Origin: Octopus sinensis
Lineage: Eukaryota
Reading direction: 5' to 3'
Assembly (NCBI RefSeq): GCF_006345805.1
Contig: NC_043013.1
Location: 39,184,001-39,248,000 of the forward strand
DNA: 64,000 nt
Part shown: piece after piece, positions 30,436-43,920 of the stretch
How the letters are laid out: every line of letters starts with the position of its first letter
Position numbering within the stretch: position 1 is the stretch's first letter
Notes under the pieces: model-generated
The model's database searches: none
The model's input: the letters and a program-made list of their open reading frames with translations, nothing else
What the model was told of the DNA's origin: nothing
Program-made: the position numbers and the translations under genes

Positions 30436-31249
30436 TTTAATGATAAACTTCAAATCAGTCATAAAACGTTTTGACGTTCATTTCCGTCAGGGAATCTAAG
30501 ATTCTATTATTTTTCAGACATCGCTTAATATTATTGCCATTTTAAGTTATATATAAAGATCCCCATTCACCAGACCTATAATCAGATGTGTTTCAACCAT
30601 AACCATTCCACCTGGTAGGCAGCAAACACCAATAACCTTCACTAGAAATGAAAACAAATATCAATACACTAGTCTCCAGGTGCTGTAGAATACTAATACA
30701 CTTGTGTCCCCACAAACGTCAGAACACTTGTTTTCCCGTGGTATAAAACATGATTTATATGTTTTCCATGGGTTTACAAACATCAGTACATCTGCCTACC
30801 CAGAGAAACAGACAAGCACACACACACACAAGCAAATAGCTAGCTAGCTAGATAGATAGATAAATAGGTAGGTAGGAAGGTAGGCAAACAGATAGATAGA
30901 TAGATATTGCCGTAGATATATACAAGTACAGACGTTCACATACATACATACATATATATAATTATAAATTATTGATATGTAAAGGTAAGAATGAAGGTGT
31001 AGGAAGATAGTGAGTTTCAAGTAATCTGTAGACGATATAAGAAAAAAAAATCAGGAACAATAGTGGTTTATTGGCGCAGAAGGTTGTGCATTTTCCCCGT
31101 ATCGAAGTGCGATAAGCTGAAGAAAGTTAATTTTATAGCTCATGGTTACCAACAGGGAGTTGTGTTTATGCGAATAAACATTAAAAAATTAAGGAATCGA
31201 GTGTATAAAATCCAGGTTAAATATGTATATGTGTTTTTATTAGCAATAC

Positions 31250-32260
31250 ACATCACCCTCCGCAAAAAATCCCAAATTTTATTTAATTTGCTTTGCGTCG
31301 CGCATTGCCCTTGCTTTCGAACGCGGAGTACAGGAAACAAGGACAACTGAAAAAAAAAAGTTCGTTTCGATGGTTTTGCTTTTATGTTTTCGTTTCTCAT
31401 TGTGTTCAACGTTTTTTTGATGTCCTGTATACATATATGCATGTATATATACATATATATGTAGGTGTGTAAATATATGTATGTATATATGCATATATCT
31501 ATATATTATTTATATTATTATATGATCGAACACACGCATCCTTTTCCAAGTAAGTTTTATCGTAATAATTACGATGCGCACTCTTATTCTATATTTACTA
31601 TCTCTTCTCTGTCTATCTCTCACCCTCTCTTGTTCTTTATCCTTTCTGGTTTTCTCTCCCACCCTCCCCTATTCTTCTCCTCCTCTCCTCTTCACTGTTC
31701 CCTCCCTACCACTCCTCCTCCTCGACTCTCTCGTCGCTGACACGTGACGAAAGAGAATCTGTCTTTCTGCCCATTCCTAAAGACAAAACGCTCTTATACT
31801 GTCTCCTCTCATTAGCTTGTCTTCCTAGCGTTCATAATAATTTTTGCTATCGTCTTGGCTTAACAGTCCTCAGCGTTTGTTTTTACTGACTTTGCTCTCA
31901 CTGTCCTGTTCTTGTTACCACTTTCACCCTCCGTAAAAAATCCCAAATTTTATTTAATTTGCTTTGCGGGAAGGACTGTTTCAACGAAGTCATATATTGT
32001 CCTTGCCTTCGGAAAGCGGAGTAGATAGATGAAACAGGGACAACTGATGAAGGGGAATATTCTTTATGTTGTATGTCTCGTTTCTCTGTTTTTTCGTTTT
32101 CAAAAAAAAATTCGTTTCTTTGTTTTTGTTTTTATGCTTTCGTTTCTCATTGTGTTCAAAGATTTTTGATGTCCTGTTCCCATATATGCATGTATATATA
32201 CATCTATACGTAGGTATGTACATATATGTATGTATATATTCATATAGTTATATATTTTTA
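31250..32260. repeat. Element with ~250-300 bp direct terminal repeats (pLTR-like)
   Basis: CACCCTCCG(C/T)AAAAAATCCCAAATTTTATTTAATTTGCTTTGCG...GATGTCCTGT at ~31254-31430 and ~31925-32180. Confidence 0.6.
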
Positions 32261-32577
32261 TATTATGTTATATATATATATGTGTGTGTGTGTGTTGCGT
32301 GTTTGTATATGCATATATATATTTTTTTATATATATAACCAAGCACAAAAAAGTTAATAGGGACAGATACAGAATGACTCGGTGGTGGTGGTCGTGGTGG
32401 TCATGGTGATGTTGAACCTCAAGCTGGATACTTGTAATACTTGTAAACACCTCTCCGAGTTTTCATCGATTGCAATGTAAAATAAATAAATAAATATGCA
32501 ACTATGTAATTTATTACAAATAAATATGAAAAAAAGATAATATGCAGGTGTAAATGAAAACAAAAAAAAATATTTAC

Positions 32578-32667
32578 CGCGCAGGTTGTACATTGGGAAA
32601 TAATCAGAATGACAGTTAATAATATTCGGAAGGCCACCACTATCTTGATGTATAACGAGCGGAAGAT
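32578..32667 (-). CDS. Multi-PAN gene, exon 5: Cys-containing linker C, module 1
   Basis: 90 bp, TTTCTTGTAG acceptor and GTAAAT donor, phase 1-1. LPLVIHQDSGGLPNIINCHSDYFPMYNLR, homologous to 25784-25870 and 5113-5205. Confidence 0.85.
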
Positions 32668-32744
32668 CTACAAGAAATCAATGAAAAGGTATATTTATTC
32701 ATATCGTTACACTCGTATATGTGCAATACATACATATATACATA

Positions 32745-33305
32745 CATGTTGGCTGCCCCCTCGTTATCGAGTATGGCCATTGCACGAAGCTTAATCAATG
32801 TTGTTATCGTGCAATGCCTGTGCAAGAAGATTTTTTTTTAAAGTGAGGAAAGGCTGTGCTCTGAGTCAATCCCACTCACTAAGGAACAGCAGCCATAATC
32901 CGAAAAGAAGAACAAGTCAACATCATCGGTAACCACTGAGCCGCAGGTTTTATGTCGGAGTTATCCCAGTTACCTGAGTTACCTTCTCCTAGAGGGATGC
33001 CCTAACAAAGGCTAGGAGTCCTTCACTCCCAAAGGTATAACCGCGCGATCAGGTATTCAGTCCGATTATTTCTATGTCCCCGCGCATGATACAGCCTTAA
33101 GACATTTATTGGATGGCCGTTGACTCTCAAGAGTTCCTCCGCCCTTTGACGGGTTTTGCTTTTCATCCCGCAGGGTGTCCAATAAACACCCTCCTCACCA
33201 AGCAAGCAAGCTTGGTGAGGTTGCCGGTTTAGTCGCCGACGACCCGACCATGCAACAAGTTGTACTGGGTTACATGTTACCAGTAGCACTCGAAAATGAC
33301 CTGAC
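32745..33305 (-). mobile_element. RTE 5'-UTR-related non-autonomous repeat
   Basis: 33215-33305 aligns with 61530-61652, the 5' end of the RTE element (CCCGACCATGC.ACA.GTTGTACTGG...CCAGTAGCACTC...ACCTGAC). Confidence 0.55.
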
Positions 33306-33420
33306 ATGTACATACATACATACATACATACATACATACATACATACATACATGCATACATACATGCATACATACATACATGCATACATACATGCATACA
33401 TACATACATACATACATACA

Positions 33421-33452
<32 letters not shown>

Positions 33453-33708
33453 CACATACACACACAGAGCCACACACACACACGCACACACACATACAAA
33501 TCAATAAGGCGTATATTTATTCATATCTTTACACTCATATATGTTTAATATATACATACATACATATATATATATATACACACACAGATATATATATGTA
33601 TATGTAAATATGTATGTATATGCATATATACACACATATATATACAAATATATAAATATATATAAATATATATATATATATATATGCATACACATATATA
33701 TGTGTGTG

Positions 33709-33743
<35 letters not shown>

Positions 33744-33772
33744 ATTTAAATACATATATAAATGTATATATA

Positions 33773-33998
33773 CACTGGCCAAAACAATTTTAAGAGCGAT
33801 GATTTCAGTTCTGTTCCTCCATTAATTTATTTTTAACAAAACTGTATAAAATTGTTTTACTTTTTACAGGAATTCGAAAGAGAAAATAAAAAATTCAATA
33901 TAAATTGTAAAATCTAAAATAATTTTAGACAGTTTTGTTAAAAATAAATTAATGAAGGAATAGAGCTGACATCGGTCTTAAATTTGTTTTGGCCAGTG
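33773..33998. mobile_element. Tc1-type MITE
   Basis: Imperfect ~70-bp TIRs starting CACTGGCCAAAACAA, TA on the left flank. Confidence 0.75.
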
Positions 33999-34001
33999 TG
34001 G

Positions 34002-34158
<157 letters not shown>

Positions 34159-34159
34159 T

Positions 34160-37090
34160 TAAATTAGAGAACATTATTAAAGAGATTTTAGATATTATTG
34201 AACTATTTATTCGAAATAATCGTAAATATAAAAACATTTTCTCTAGTAATAATTTTGGTGTAGGTTATTCCACCACTAATAGTGTAGGTAACATTATTTC
34301 TTCTTTTAACAAATTTAAACTGAATAACTTTTATAAAAATAAATTATTTAATAATACCAATAATAAAGACAAAACACTAATTAACTGTACATGTAGAGAT
34401 AAATCTAAATGTAAATTAAATAATAAATGTGATACTAATGATGTAGTGTATAAATGTATAGTTACATTACATGATAAGAATATTAAGAATAATAATAACT
34501 CAAACGCGATATATATAGGGTCCACTTCCTCTAAAATAAAATTAAGAATCGCACAACATTTGAATTCATTTAAAAATAAAAACTTAATTAACTCCACTGG
34601 ACTTAGTAAATACATTTGGAGACTTAAATCCCAAAATATTAATTATAATTTATCTTGGGAAATAATTAATAAAACTAAATCATATACTATAGGAGCGAAT
34701 TTTTGTTATTTGTGCTCTAATGAGTTTAAGGAAATTTTATTTTATAAGCATGATAATTTACTGAATACATGTGATGAGCGCAAAATAAAATGCAGACACA
34801 AGTTACTTTACTTATATAATAAATTTCCTGATAAATAATAATTATTTATTAGCCTTAATTAGCTCCCTATTTATTGTTTATGTAATAGTATTATAAATAT
34901 ACCAGGTGATTTGTAGTACATATTATAATAGTTTATTTTAGTTATTTAGGTTCTGTTTTTAATTATAGTTAGATTATAGATGGTTTTTCATTTTATTACT
35001 AAATATTTTATTACTAAATAATAAATATTTAATAGTTTATTGAATATTGAGTCTGGTAAGTTACAATTTTATTTATTTTATATATTTTGTTATATTTCTA
35101 TTATAACTTCGTTAAATTATAATTTTGTTATATTAATCTATTTGTATGTAATCTCTTTATATTTGAAATAGTTTTATTTAGTTGTTTATTTAATCCATTT
35201 TATTTACTATAGAAGTATAGATTAGTAGATTAATTTTTTAGATTTAACTTAATATTTACCTCTATTTTGTATTGTATCATGATTATAGACATTTATATAT
35301 CTATTTATTTATAATATATGTGGATGTGTGTGTTTGTATATATGTGTATTTGATGATGTGTGTATATATATATATATATATATATGTATATACATTTATT
35401 TATTTGTATGTGTGTGGGTGTATATATTGGTGTAAGTGTATATATTGAGTATTGTATGTATGTACATGTATGTATGAGTGTGCATATGTGTATGGGTGCA
35501 AGTGTGTGTATATATGTATATGAATGTATGTGTGTATGTATGTGTATATGTGTATGTATATGTATGTGTATGTGTATGTGTGTATATATATATATATGTA
35601 TATGTATGGATATTTTCTTATATATTTATGTATGCGTATGTATAGTTATACTACAAATTTTGATTAGTATATATAGATTTGTTATGATCACTAATTTTAG
35701 CTTATAATTATAAGGGTATGGGAAAGAATTTATAATATGTAGTGGGGTTACTATATAAATCAATTTTTATGTATTTATTAATCTTATTAGATTTTTAGAT
35801 TATATTTAATAATAAGTGATTTTTAATCATTTAATTTATTTTGTATTAAGTTTCATTTATCATAGTTATTTTATTAATAAATATTATAGTATAGAGAGAT
35901 TTTATTCTTTATTTGTGAATTCATTCTTTTTACAATGATAAACATATAATTTTCCATTCATAATCTTTAATAAACGTAGGTTCCTCACGCGTAATGAATT
36001 CTTCAACAATTTATTCTTTTTTTTGCTAATAACGTAATTCCATGAGTATTCTTATAAACGTTGTATAAGACGTTTTTTGATTTAAAATTTTAGTTCATTG
36101 TTTAAACCTCGCCAAGATAAGTATGTATCTTTTTAAGATCTCCAAATTGTAAATTTTAATATAGTATAAGCCTTTGGAGTAATAATATTCTCCTTATGTA
36201 AATATCGTTGTTTATGTAATGATCTAATCATCGTAATTTTCTATGTTATTAGATATTAAATAAATTAGATAAACTTTGATAAAATTAGATATGTTTCGAC
36301 TAAAGAATGGTCTAGGCCATGTCTAATTTAATAGCATAATTTATATTAGATAATTATTCCCATTCATAATTATATTTATAGTACTTATAGTATTTATTTG
36401 ATACTATATTACTAAGAATTGAATATTTCTATAAGTATTTTATATAAGATTTTGAAAGTCAGTTTAAGTTAGTTTATTTGTATTTTGAAATTAGCTATTT
36501 CATCTTGAAAAATTAAATTTATTAGGTTTTCATTATATACAATTATTTATAGAGATTATTTTAGATCTTGATTATAATATTTATATATATTTTCATTGAT
36601 AATTTATATATATTAGTCATTTTAAATATTTATGTAATTAGATATAGACTAATATTGATATTAGATTATGGGTTTTCTACCTTATAAATTAAAGTTAATA
36701 TTTAACATTATAGTCGATTTCGATATAATCATATTTAATAATAGAGTTTATTATAAGTAAAATTATTATATTATATATATTATTTATATCTTAAAAATAT
36801 TGATTATATTTTAGATATTTAAACCACCTGATGAATGACTGCGACTCAAAAATTTGAAGAAGTTAGCAGGCATGAAACGATCGTAGTGTGATATTAATTA
36901 TATTTTTTAATAATTTTGTTATATATTTAAATAATATAAATTAAATAATCTTATGTATTGGCTTAAGTTTTTCATTGTTTGATTTGCCTAATAGTGGTTT
37001 TGTCTCTAATTAATATAATATTTTACTATAAAATTGGATTCAATCCTAAATCTGATTTTTCCCTGTAAGTTGGATTTATTCCCTAATATT
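34160..37090 (+). mobile_element. 5'-truncated Penelope-like element: GIY-YIG endonuclease ORF (to 34838) and long AT-rich 3' region
   Basis: CTCRDKSKC...VVYKC...IYIGST...RIAQH...LSKYIW...WEII...CYLC..E...LLN...CRHK. Bounded by (TA)n, hammerhead near the 3' end. Confidence 0.85.
36823..36890 (+). ncRNA. Type I hammerhead ribozyme in the Penelope-like 3' region
   Basis: CAC-CTGATGA-[ATGACTGC...GCAGGCAT]-GAAA-CGATCG-TA-GTG: full core, stem II, palindromic stem III, GUA cleavage triplet and short stem I. Confidence 0.75.
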
Positions 37091-37158
<68 letters not shown>

Positions 37159-37162
<4 letters not shown>

Positions 37163-37368
37163 TTAATCCAAACAAGAAAGCACAAAAAACACAACGCGAG
37201 GACGTGGAACAATTATAGTATTATCGGACGCTCAGGAAAGAAGGAAAGAAAGAGGGTTTAACGTTTCGAGCGGAGCTCTTCGTCGGAAACATAGGAGAAG
37301 GAAAGATCCAGAGAAGGGAAGACAGAGGGAAAAAATCGCCAACGGTACACACGCGGTCACATTTTGAA
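37159..37368 (-). mobile_element. Penelope-type pLTR repeat with a variant hammerhead (CCGACGA) at 37255-37290
   Basis: Minus strand reads GTTT-CCGACGA-AGAGCTCCGCTC-GAAACGTTA-AAC. Same family as 24195-24382. Confidence 0.65.
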
Positions 37369-38693
37369 TGCGCATACATACATACATACATACATACATA
37401 CATACATACATACATACATACATACATACATGCATACATACATACATACATATATACATATATACATACATACATATGAGTCCAACGGTTTTCCTATAAG
37501 CTGACAAGGTGAGTTGAGTTTAGCCCTAGGTGCGGTAAGAGCCACCGACCAATGATAATTAAGATGCCCTGCATCAAAATTCGAAATCATCGGTGATCTG
37601 GCTTTGTTCGATAAGGAGCTTATCCCCATTGTCAGTCATTTGTGGCTACTGAGTTGCTTTGACTCTTATTTCTAGCAACGCTGGTACCACTTAGAAAGGT
37701 GTCTTCCACTATAGCTTCGAGCCGACCAAAGCCTTGTGAGTGGATTTGGTAGACTAAAACTGAAAGAGGCCTCCAGTTTTCTAATTCCACAAGTAAAAAT
37801 GTATCACCTGCTGAAGAGAAAAATATTTGGAACGCTGTTTAAGATTCGTGATTCTTCTGAATGCTTTTCCACCGGGAAATCGTTCAAGTAACATGATTAA
37901 GTGAAAATCTGAGGATGAGAGAATCTGGTGAGTAGGAATGTTGAGATAGAGATCCCAAACCTAATAAATTTGAATTTATCTTTTCATGGGTTATCTTGTT
38001 CAAAGCACTGCTTTATTTTTAGCCGAAAATCATGAGGTAACCACTTGCTTTCTCTACACACGTTTCCATTCTGCTTGAGATGATAGTGCACAATGGACAA
38101 AGATTTATTAATCCTCCGCGATAAATCCTCGAATCTTCAGTTAGTCTTCCTGATCGATTGATATACAAAATATCGGAATCACCGTTTTTTTTAAAAAAAT
38201 TGTTAAACCAAGTTAAGCATTTCGGAACACACACCAGGATATAAAATATTGACGCGTTCTCTTACATATGTTGCCCTTATAGTTTTTTTATAGTATGCAT
38301 TGCCGAAAACACAGCTCACAAATGCTCTTGTTTTACGCATATACACACACAGCGCGTGACCTCCTCAACGTTTGGTCATTAACTCTACACTGATTGGTTG
38401 ATTACAATGTGAAATTTTTTTGGCTTGTGAACTATTTGTGGTATGGCCTCAAATTATTTCCTTGAAAGTACGACATTGCTTTTTAGTACCCCTAATTTAA
38501 ATCATTCAATTTGAAATTTATTTTCGTCTTGCTTTTAATGTTTTTGCATTTTCGTTACAGCCATTTGATTTTTCCATCCAACAAATTCCAGTTATTTCGA
38601 AGATACATACCTGAATAACAGCCAAATCTATAGAAACCAAAGCAACACTCAGAGTATATCAGGGAGGAACAACTAAAATAAATGTCCACTTAC

Positions 38694-38924
38694 ACTTAGT
38701 GAATTCCATGTATTGCCAGTTATCATTGATAAGTCTAACTGAGGCATTATAACTGGTATAATTACTCATGGCGCACGTGTTATTCGATCTGTTGAAGCTG
38801 ACAGTTTTGCACCAGGAATCGCTATAACAAGTAGACACACAAGTTTCGAACGATAGAAATCGTTCAGAAAATCTCTCATCTTCTGAAAGACCTGCGCCAT
38901 TCATCAAACTTATTGGACAACACT
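38694..38924 (-). CDS. Multi-PAN gene, exon 4: PAN/apple domain type B, module 1
   Basis: 231 bp, CTACAG acceptor and GTAAGT donor. CCPISLMNG...SFETCVSTCYSDSWCKTVSFNRSNNTCAMSNYT...WQYMEFTK. Confidence 0.9.
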
Positions 38925-39164
38925 CTGTAGAAATGTGATAAAGTATATAATTATTAATAAACTAATAAGTGAAAAACAATATTGTTCAGTAAGATATTAT
39001 AACAAAACCGACATATAGCTAAAATTTATTAGAAACTCAATCATATCTCCAACTCTTTCAACATGTCTGACTCACCCCTCTATCTCTTAACGTAGGATAT
39101 TTGTTATCCCACTGATATTTTACTTAGTTTATTTATCTAGTTTAAGATTAGAATCACAAACGTT

Positions 39165-39386
39165 ATTCTTTTATTCGTTTATTTGTTTCAGTCATTTGGC
39201 TGCGGCCATGTTGGAGCACCACTTTACCTTAAAGGGTTTTAGTCGGAGAAATCGACACCAGAACTTGTTCTTTGTAAGCCCAATACTTATTCTATCGGTC
39301 TGTTTTGCTGAACTCTTAAGTTATGGGGACATAAACACACCAGCATCGGTCTCAAGCGATGGCGAGAGGACAAACACACACACACA

Positions 39387-39469
<83 letters not shown>

Positions 39470-39638
39470 GATGGATGGTATTCTATTCAGTTTCCGTCTA
39501 CCAAATCTACTCACAAGGGTTTGGTGGGCCTGGGGCTATAGAAGAAGACACTTGCCCAAGGTGACACGCAGTGGGACAGAACCTGGAACCATGCGATTGG
39601 GAAGTAAGCTTCTTACCACACAGCTATGGCTGCGCCTT
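39165..39638 (-). mobile_element. Family B CORE-like SINE, older copy
   Basis: Diverged match to the other copies, with an internal (CA)n. Confidence 0.85.
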
Positions 39639-39779
39639 ATGGTGAAGATTGTCCAACAAGTTCTGTATCAGCCAATCGTTATCGTTTATTAGATTCGACT
39701 TCTTTCTATAACATAATTTATATATCAAGCTTTCCTTATATGATTTGGATGAAAGGAGCAGCGGTGGAGGTGAATGTGG

Positions 39780-40320
39780 GTAGACGCGAGTTTGCAAAAT
39801 AACTCTGTCGCTATTCTGCCTGTGGAAAACTTGACTTTTGTTTCCAAAAATACAGTGCTAGTTTTTGAAAAAACTAGACATAAATTTTATATTGGACTTA
39901 AAGCCATAGTTATTAGAATAACAGTCACGGAAATGCAAGAAGTCGATTAAACTCTGTTGTGATTCTTCCCAGACACAAAAGACGTCATCAATGAATCGTA
40001 AGCAGGGTATTGGTTCATGACCATGCAGGGATTTGGATGTCTTCAGTGACTGAGTCGTGAATGTTGTCATGAAGACAATAGCGAAATTAACTGCCATGGG
40101 TACCCAATGCGCAGCCCCTCGTCTGGTGGTAAAATTTAGGTCCAAACTTCATTGTGTTACTTTGTAACACAAACTTCAAAAACTTACAGAGGATATTAGA
40201 TGGAATACTTTCGTTTTACCGTTTTTCGAAGACATTCATGCATGCTTCAACCCCGTTATCTTTTTCATTTTACCAGTTACAAAATTGAAAACTGATGATG
40301 TCATTCTGTCAGAATAAGAA
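39780..40320 (-). mobile_element. Penelope-like reverse transcriptase remnant
   Basis: PMAVNFAIVFM...CLRFIDDVFCVW...NIKF, PLE-type RT motifs with frameshifts. Confidence 0.7.
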
Positions 40321-40477
40321 CGCAGGATTCCCTTGTTCATGTTTTGAATTTCTCTGCTTCTGTAGTTGTATTCATTTTACATTTTGAACTTGTAAAAGAC
40401 AGACGATCTGTTGAAATATCGTTCAAACCATTGAATAAATAATCTATTACAAAGTACATCGAGTTCTTATTGTCTAT

Positions 40478-40659
40478 GGCAGAAATGCTTAGCGGTATTT
40501 TCGCCCGTCGCTACGTTCTGAGTTCAAATTCGGTCGAGCTCGACTTTGCCTTTCATCGTTTCGGGGTCGTTTAAGTAAGTACCAGTTACGCACTGGAATC
40601 GATGTGATCCACCTTATCCCTTCCCCCAAATCTGTGGCCTTGTGCTTCCAGTAAAACGG

Positions 40660-40660
<1 letters not shown>
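40478..40660 (+). mobile_element. SINE family A, partial
   Basis: GCAGAAATGCTTAGCGGTATTT...GAGTTCAAATTC...GTACCAGTTACGCACTGG. Confidence 0.8.
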
Positions 40661-40705
<45 letters not shown>

Positions 40706-40717
40706 TATTATTATTAT

Positions 40718-40750
<33 letters not shown>

Positions 40751-40801
40751 GAGGAGGAGGAGGAGGAGGAGGAGAAAGAAGAGGAAAAGGAGAATATTCA
40801 C

Positions 40802-41065
40802 GGCTTGTATGTTCTCTCAGGTGATATAAATCAATGTCTAATTCAGTCGCGTCACTTTGTTGATGTTTGCTGATTCCGTAGAATCCACATTCAGATTCCG
40901 TGTTGTTGAATTGAAAAGTTGTACACGTAGCTGATGTGTAACATTTCTCTGCACATTCCTCAACAGAAGCGTTATTAAATATCTCGAGCATATTCTCTGC
41001 GTCAATTACAGCGGCACTGATTTTAATAAATTCGTTCTTGTATATTCTTCCTTTAACCGTTGCAT
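40802..41065 (-). CDS. Multi-PAN gene, exon 3: PAN/apple domain type A, module 1
   Basis: 264 bp, CAG acceptor and GTGAAT donor, phase 1-1. DATVKGRIYKNEFIKI...SVEECAEKCYTSATCTTFQFNNTESECGFY...DLYHLR shows the PAN C-x3-C-x5-C-x2-F...C-x2-Y pattern. Confidence 0.9.
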
Positions 41066-41583
41066 CTGTTGTATATGAAAAAAAAAAACAAAAAAAAACA
41101 AAAACAAACAGAATAACATAATTTTAAAACATAAGAAGAAATTCGGTTAAAATACAAATTGAAAATAAAACTATGATTTGCCTTACTAGTTTGAGAAAAT
41201 TTTGTTTTCTTTTTAATTAAATAGTAATCCCGAAAGCATACAGAAAATGTTTTGTTTTTCATTTCCATCAGGGAATTTTAAATTTTATTATTCTTTAGAC
41301 AACGATTAATATTGTTGTTATTTTAAGTTATGCAGCGAAAGATCCTTGTTAACCAGGCGTATAATCAAAGTTGTTCCAACCTTGACTATTCCAATTAGTG
41401 TACAGCAAGTGCCTGGAAGTTTATCTGTAAATGGTGTACAAACTTCTATGCATTAGTCTCCAGGTGCTGTAAAATACCACTGCATTCGTGTCCCTGCAAA
41501 CATCAGTACACTTGATTTTCCATGATATAAAACCATCAGAACGTTTTTCCTACCCTTGTTTTAACAAGCATAAGTACTGTTCT

Positions 41584-41967
41584 CAGTAAAATTACAGATT
41601 AACACCCGCACGATTTTCACTAAGAAAAAAAAAAAAAACTCGGATTTTTTGCGTGGAATCAAGTACCCTGACCTCCTAATATGCTGGAAATCCCATATTT
41701 TGGTTCGGAATTGGTCGGGAATTTTCACACAAAAAAGAACTCTGATTTTTTGCGTGGAATCAAGTATTGTGACCTCGTAATATGCTGTAAATCCCATATT
41801 TGGGTTCGGAAGGGTGGAGTGAGGGCTGCCCCCACCCCACCCTTCCGAACCCAAATATGGGATTTACAGCATATTACGAGGTCACAGTACTTGATTCCAC
41901 GCAAAAAATCAGAGTTCTTTTTTTTTTAGTGAAAATCGTGCGGGTGTTAATCTGTAATTTTACCCTG
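41584..41967. mobile_element. Fold-back / palindromic MITE
   Basis: Ends GTAAAATTACAGATTAACACCCGCACGATTTTCACTAA and its exact reverse complement. Internal arms are also inverted around 41820. TTCT on both flanks. Confidence 0.85.
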
Positions 41968-42519
41968 TTCTCTCCTCATGGTATACAGATGTCTACATAT
42001 CATTCTTCACAGGTAATTTATTTATCAACCGTGGACAGTTTAAAAGTTGAAGATAAACAAGCGGGATTTGAACTCAGGAAGCTGAATAAAAGCAGCAAGG
42101 AATTTCGTCCGGTGATCGGACGATTCTGTCAGTTCCTTTTCCCCCATATAAATTTTGCAATTGTAAAATCAGTGAGAGCTGTATGGAAGCCCAAAATAGA
42201 TGTAAATATATGAAATTATGGAGATAAGCATTCCAGAGTAGGGCCAGGTGATATGAATGCCCTCAATGAAGGAAAATCAGTTGGATATTTCCCAGTAGAT
42301 GGAGGTACTTGGTGAGCAGCAGGAACAAAACATGCATTTAGTGGGCCAAGTAGAGAGAGGGACAGAGAAAGAGGGAGAGATAGAGACAAAAAGTCTGATT
42401 CAGGGTGACAGCTTGAGGTATTCATTTAATAGAGAGAGGAGTGACAATAAACTTAGTACCTATGTACTTGTAGATACCAACTTTCAGTTTGAGTAGAGAT
42501 TGAGTGCAGGACAGCATAT

Positions 42520-43115
42520 TTATGCTACAAATAAGACCGTGGGTTATGTATCAAACTATCTGCACAAGAGAGTTTGCTTGATTGGAATTAAAATCTCCTT
42601 TACTCCGTAACGGTCGTTAGAATCTCTTAGCTGAAACCAAATACATTCATAAATATGTTAACATCAAGTAATGGCAGAAGCAATGTGTCATCGCCAAATC
42701 TCTTTATGTTCTGCCATGAATGCTTTGTGACCATTTTAGAACAAGGGGGTTTCATGGATTTCTGAATGCATATATAAATGGAGGCATAACGTCGCCACCG
42801 CTGGTGATCACTCCAAATACTATAATATTGAATGGATGTTTGATTTTTATCACTCTCAGTTTTGGGGACATAGCAAGCCAACGGTTGTTCAGTGTGTTCA
42901 CCATCTGTTCGTATTCGAGCTTCTGGTGCGAATATCAAGTAGTACAGCATGTTTCTAAATTTCTGGTAGAGTAAATTTCGTCATGGTGCTGTTTTTCTCA
43001 CAGACGGTGCCCAATTGACTCTACTATACTGTGTGGTCGACAAAGTAAAAAACAAACGATGAGCATGTGAGAAATTAAAAATAGGAAAAGGCGACAATTT
43101 ACCAATCGCACCTAG
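42520..43115 (-). mobile_element. Degenerate Tc1/mariner-superfamily (DD37D/maT-like) transposon remnant
   Basis: Minus frame reads KHPFNIIVFGVITSGGDVMPPFIY, resembling the KHP..VMV.G...S.G..MPP.F block of these transposases. Confidence 0.55.
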
Positions 43116-43698
43116 TATATACATACATACATACGTACATACATACTTACATACATACGTACGTACGTACATACATACATACATACATACATACATACAT
43201 ACATACATACATACATACATACATAATACATACATACATACATAATACATACATACATACATACATACACACAAAGTTTTCTAAAATTTATAATTTTTTT
43301 TATAGTAATACGAACTTCGCCTGTTAAGTCCTGAGAGTTTTTTTTGTTTTTTGTATGTTCCTTCTCGAGCCACGCTTGGCTCATTAGGGCCGGTTTCCCG
43401 GTTTCCTTGGCGTATAGGTTCCCCACCTGGACGGGACGTCGGTCCGTTGCAGGTGAGCTGCAAGATGCAGGAGGAAAGAGTGAGAGAAAGTTGTGGCGAA
43501 AGAGTCAGCAGAAGTTCGTCATTACCTTCTGCCGGAGCTGCGTGGAGCTTAGGTGTTTCGCTTATAAGTCCAGAGAGACTTTCTACAACTTCGAGCAGAC
43601 AACTTTAGATAACCTCAACTACATTTGTGAGAAAAAATAAATGTTCCAAGGAAACTATATTTTCTCCAAAATGAATATGCACACACACACACACACAC

Positions 43699-43748
<50 letters not shown>

Positions 43749-43887
43749 TTTATATGCATACACATACATAAACATACACACACATTTATATACACACTCA
43801 TGCATATGCACACACGTATTTAACTACTTGCGTGACTATTTACAGATAAAATAAGATGAAGAATGTTTTTACATATATTTTACTTAC

Positions 43888-43920
43888 CTTGTCCAAGATA
43901 TGTCAAGGAAAGAAATAACG
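43888..43920 (-). CDS. Multi-PAN gene, exon 2 (33-bp microexon, (A)LFLSLTYLGQ, second half of signal peptide)
   Basis: Acceptor TTTCTTTCTCTAATTCCAG and donor GTAAGT, phase 1-1, hydrophobic translation. Gives MTDHLVFHFALFLSLTYLGQDATVKG when spliced to its neighbours. Confidence 0.8.

Noticed and set aside
31980-32070. CTGATGA next to a TTGTCCTTG/CAGGGACAA stem as another hammerhead
   Set aside because: I could not place a GAAA box and stem II in a valid topology.
32419-32640. ORF MVAFRILLTVILIISQCTTCA looks like a signal peptide, suggesting each module is its own gene
   Set aside because: It starts at GTG and is an alternative frame of linker exon 5. The phase-1 frame is the one conserved in the other two C exons.
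42627-42974. 107-aa and 84-aa ORFs as additional host exons
   Set aside because: No matching splice sites or Cys pattern. Another frame resembles a decayed DDD transposase.
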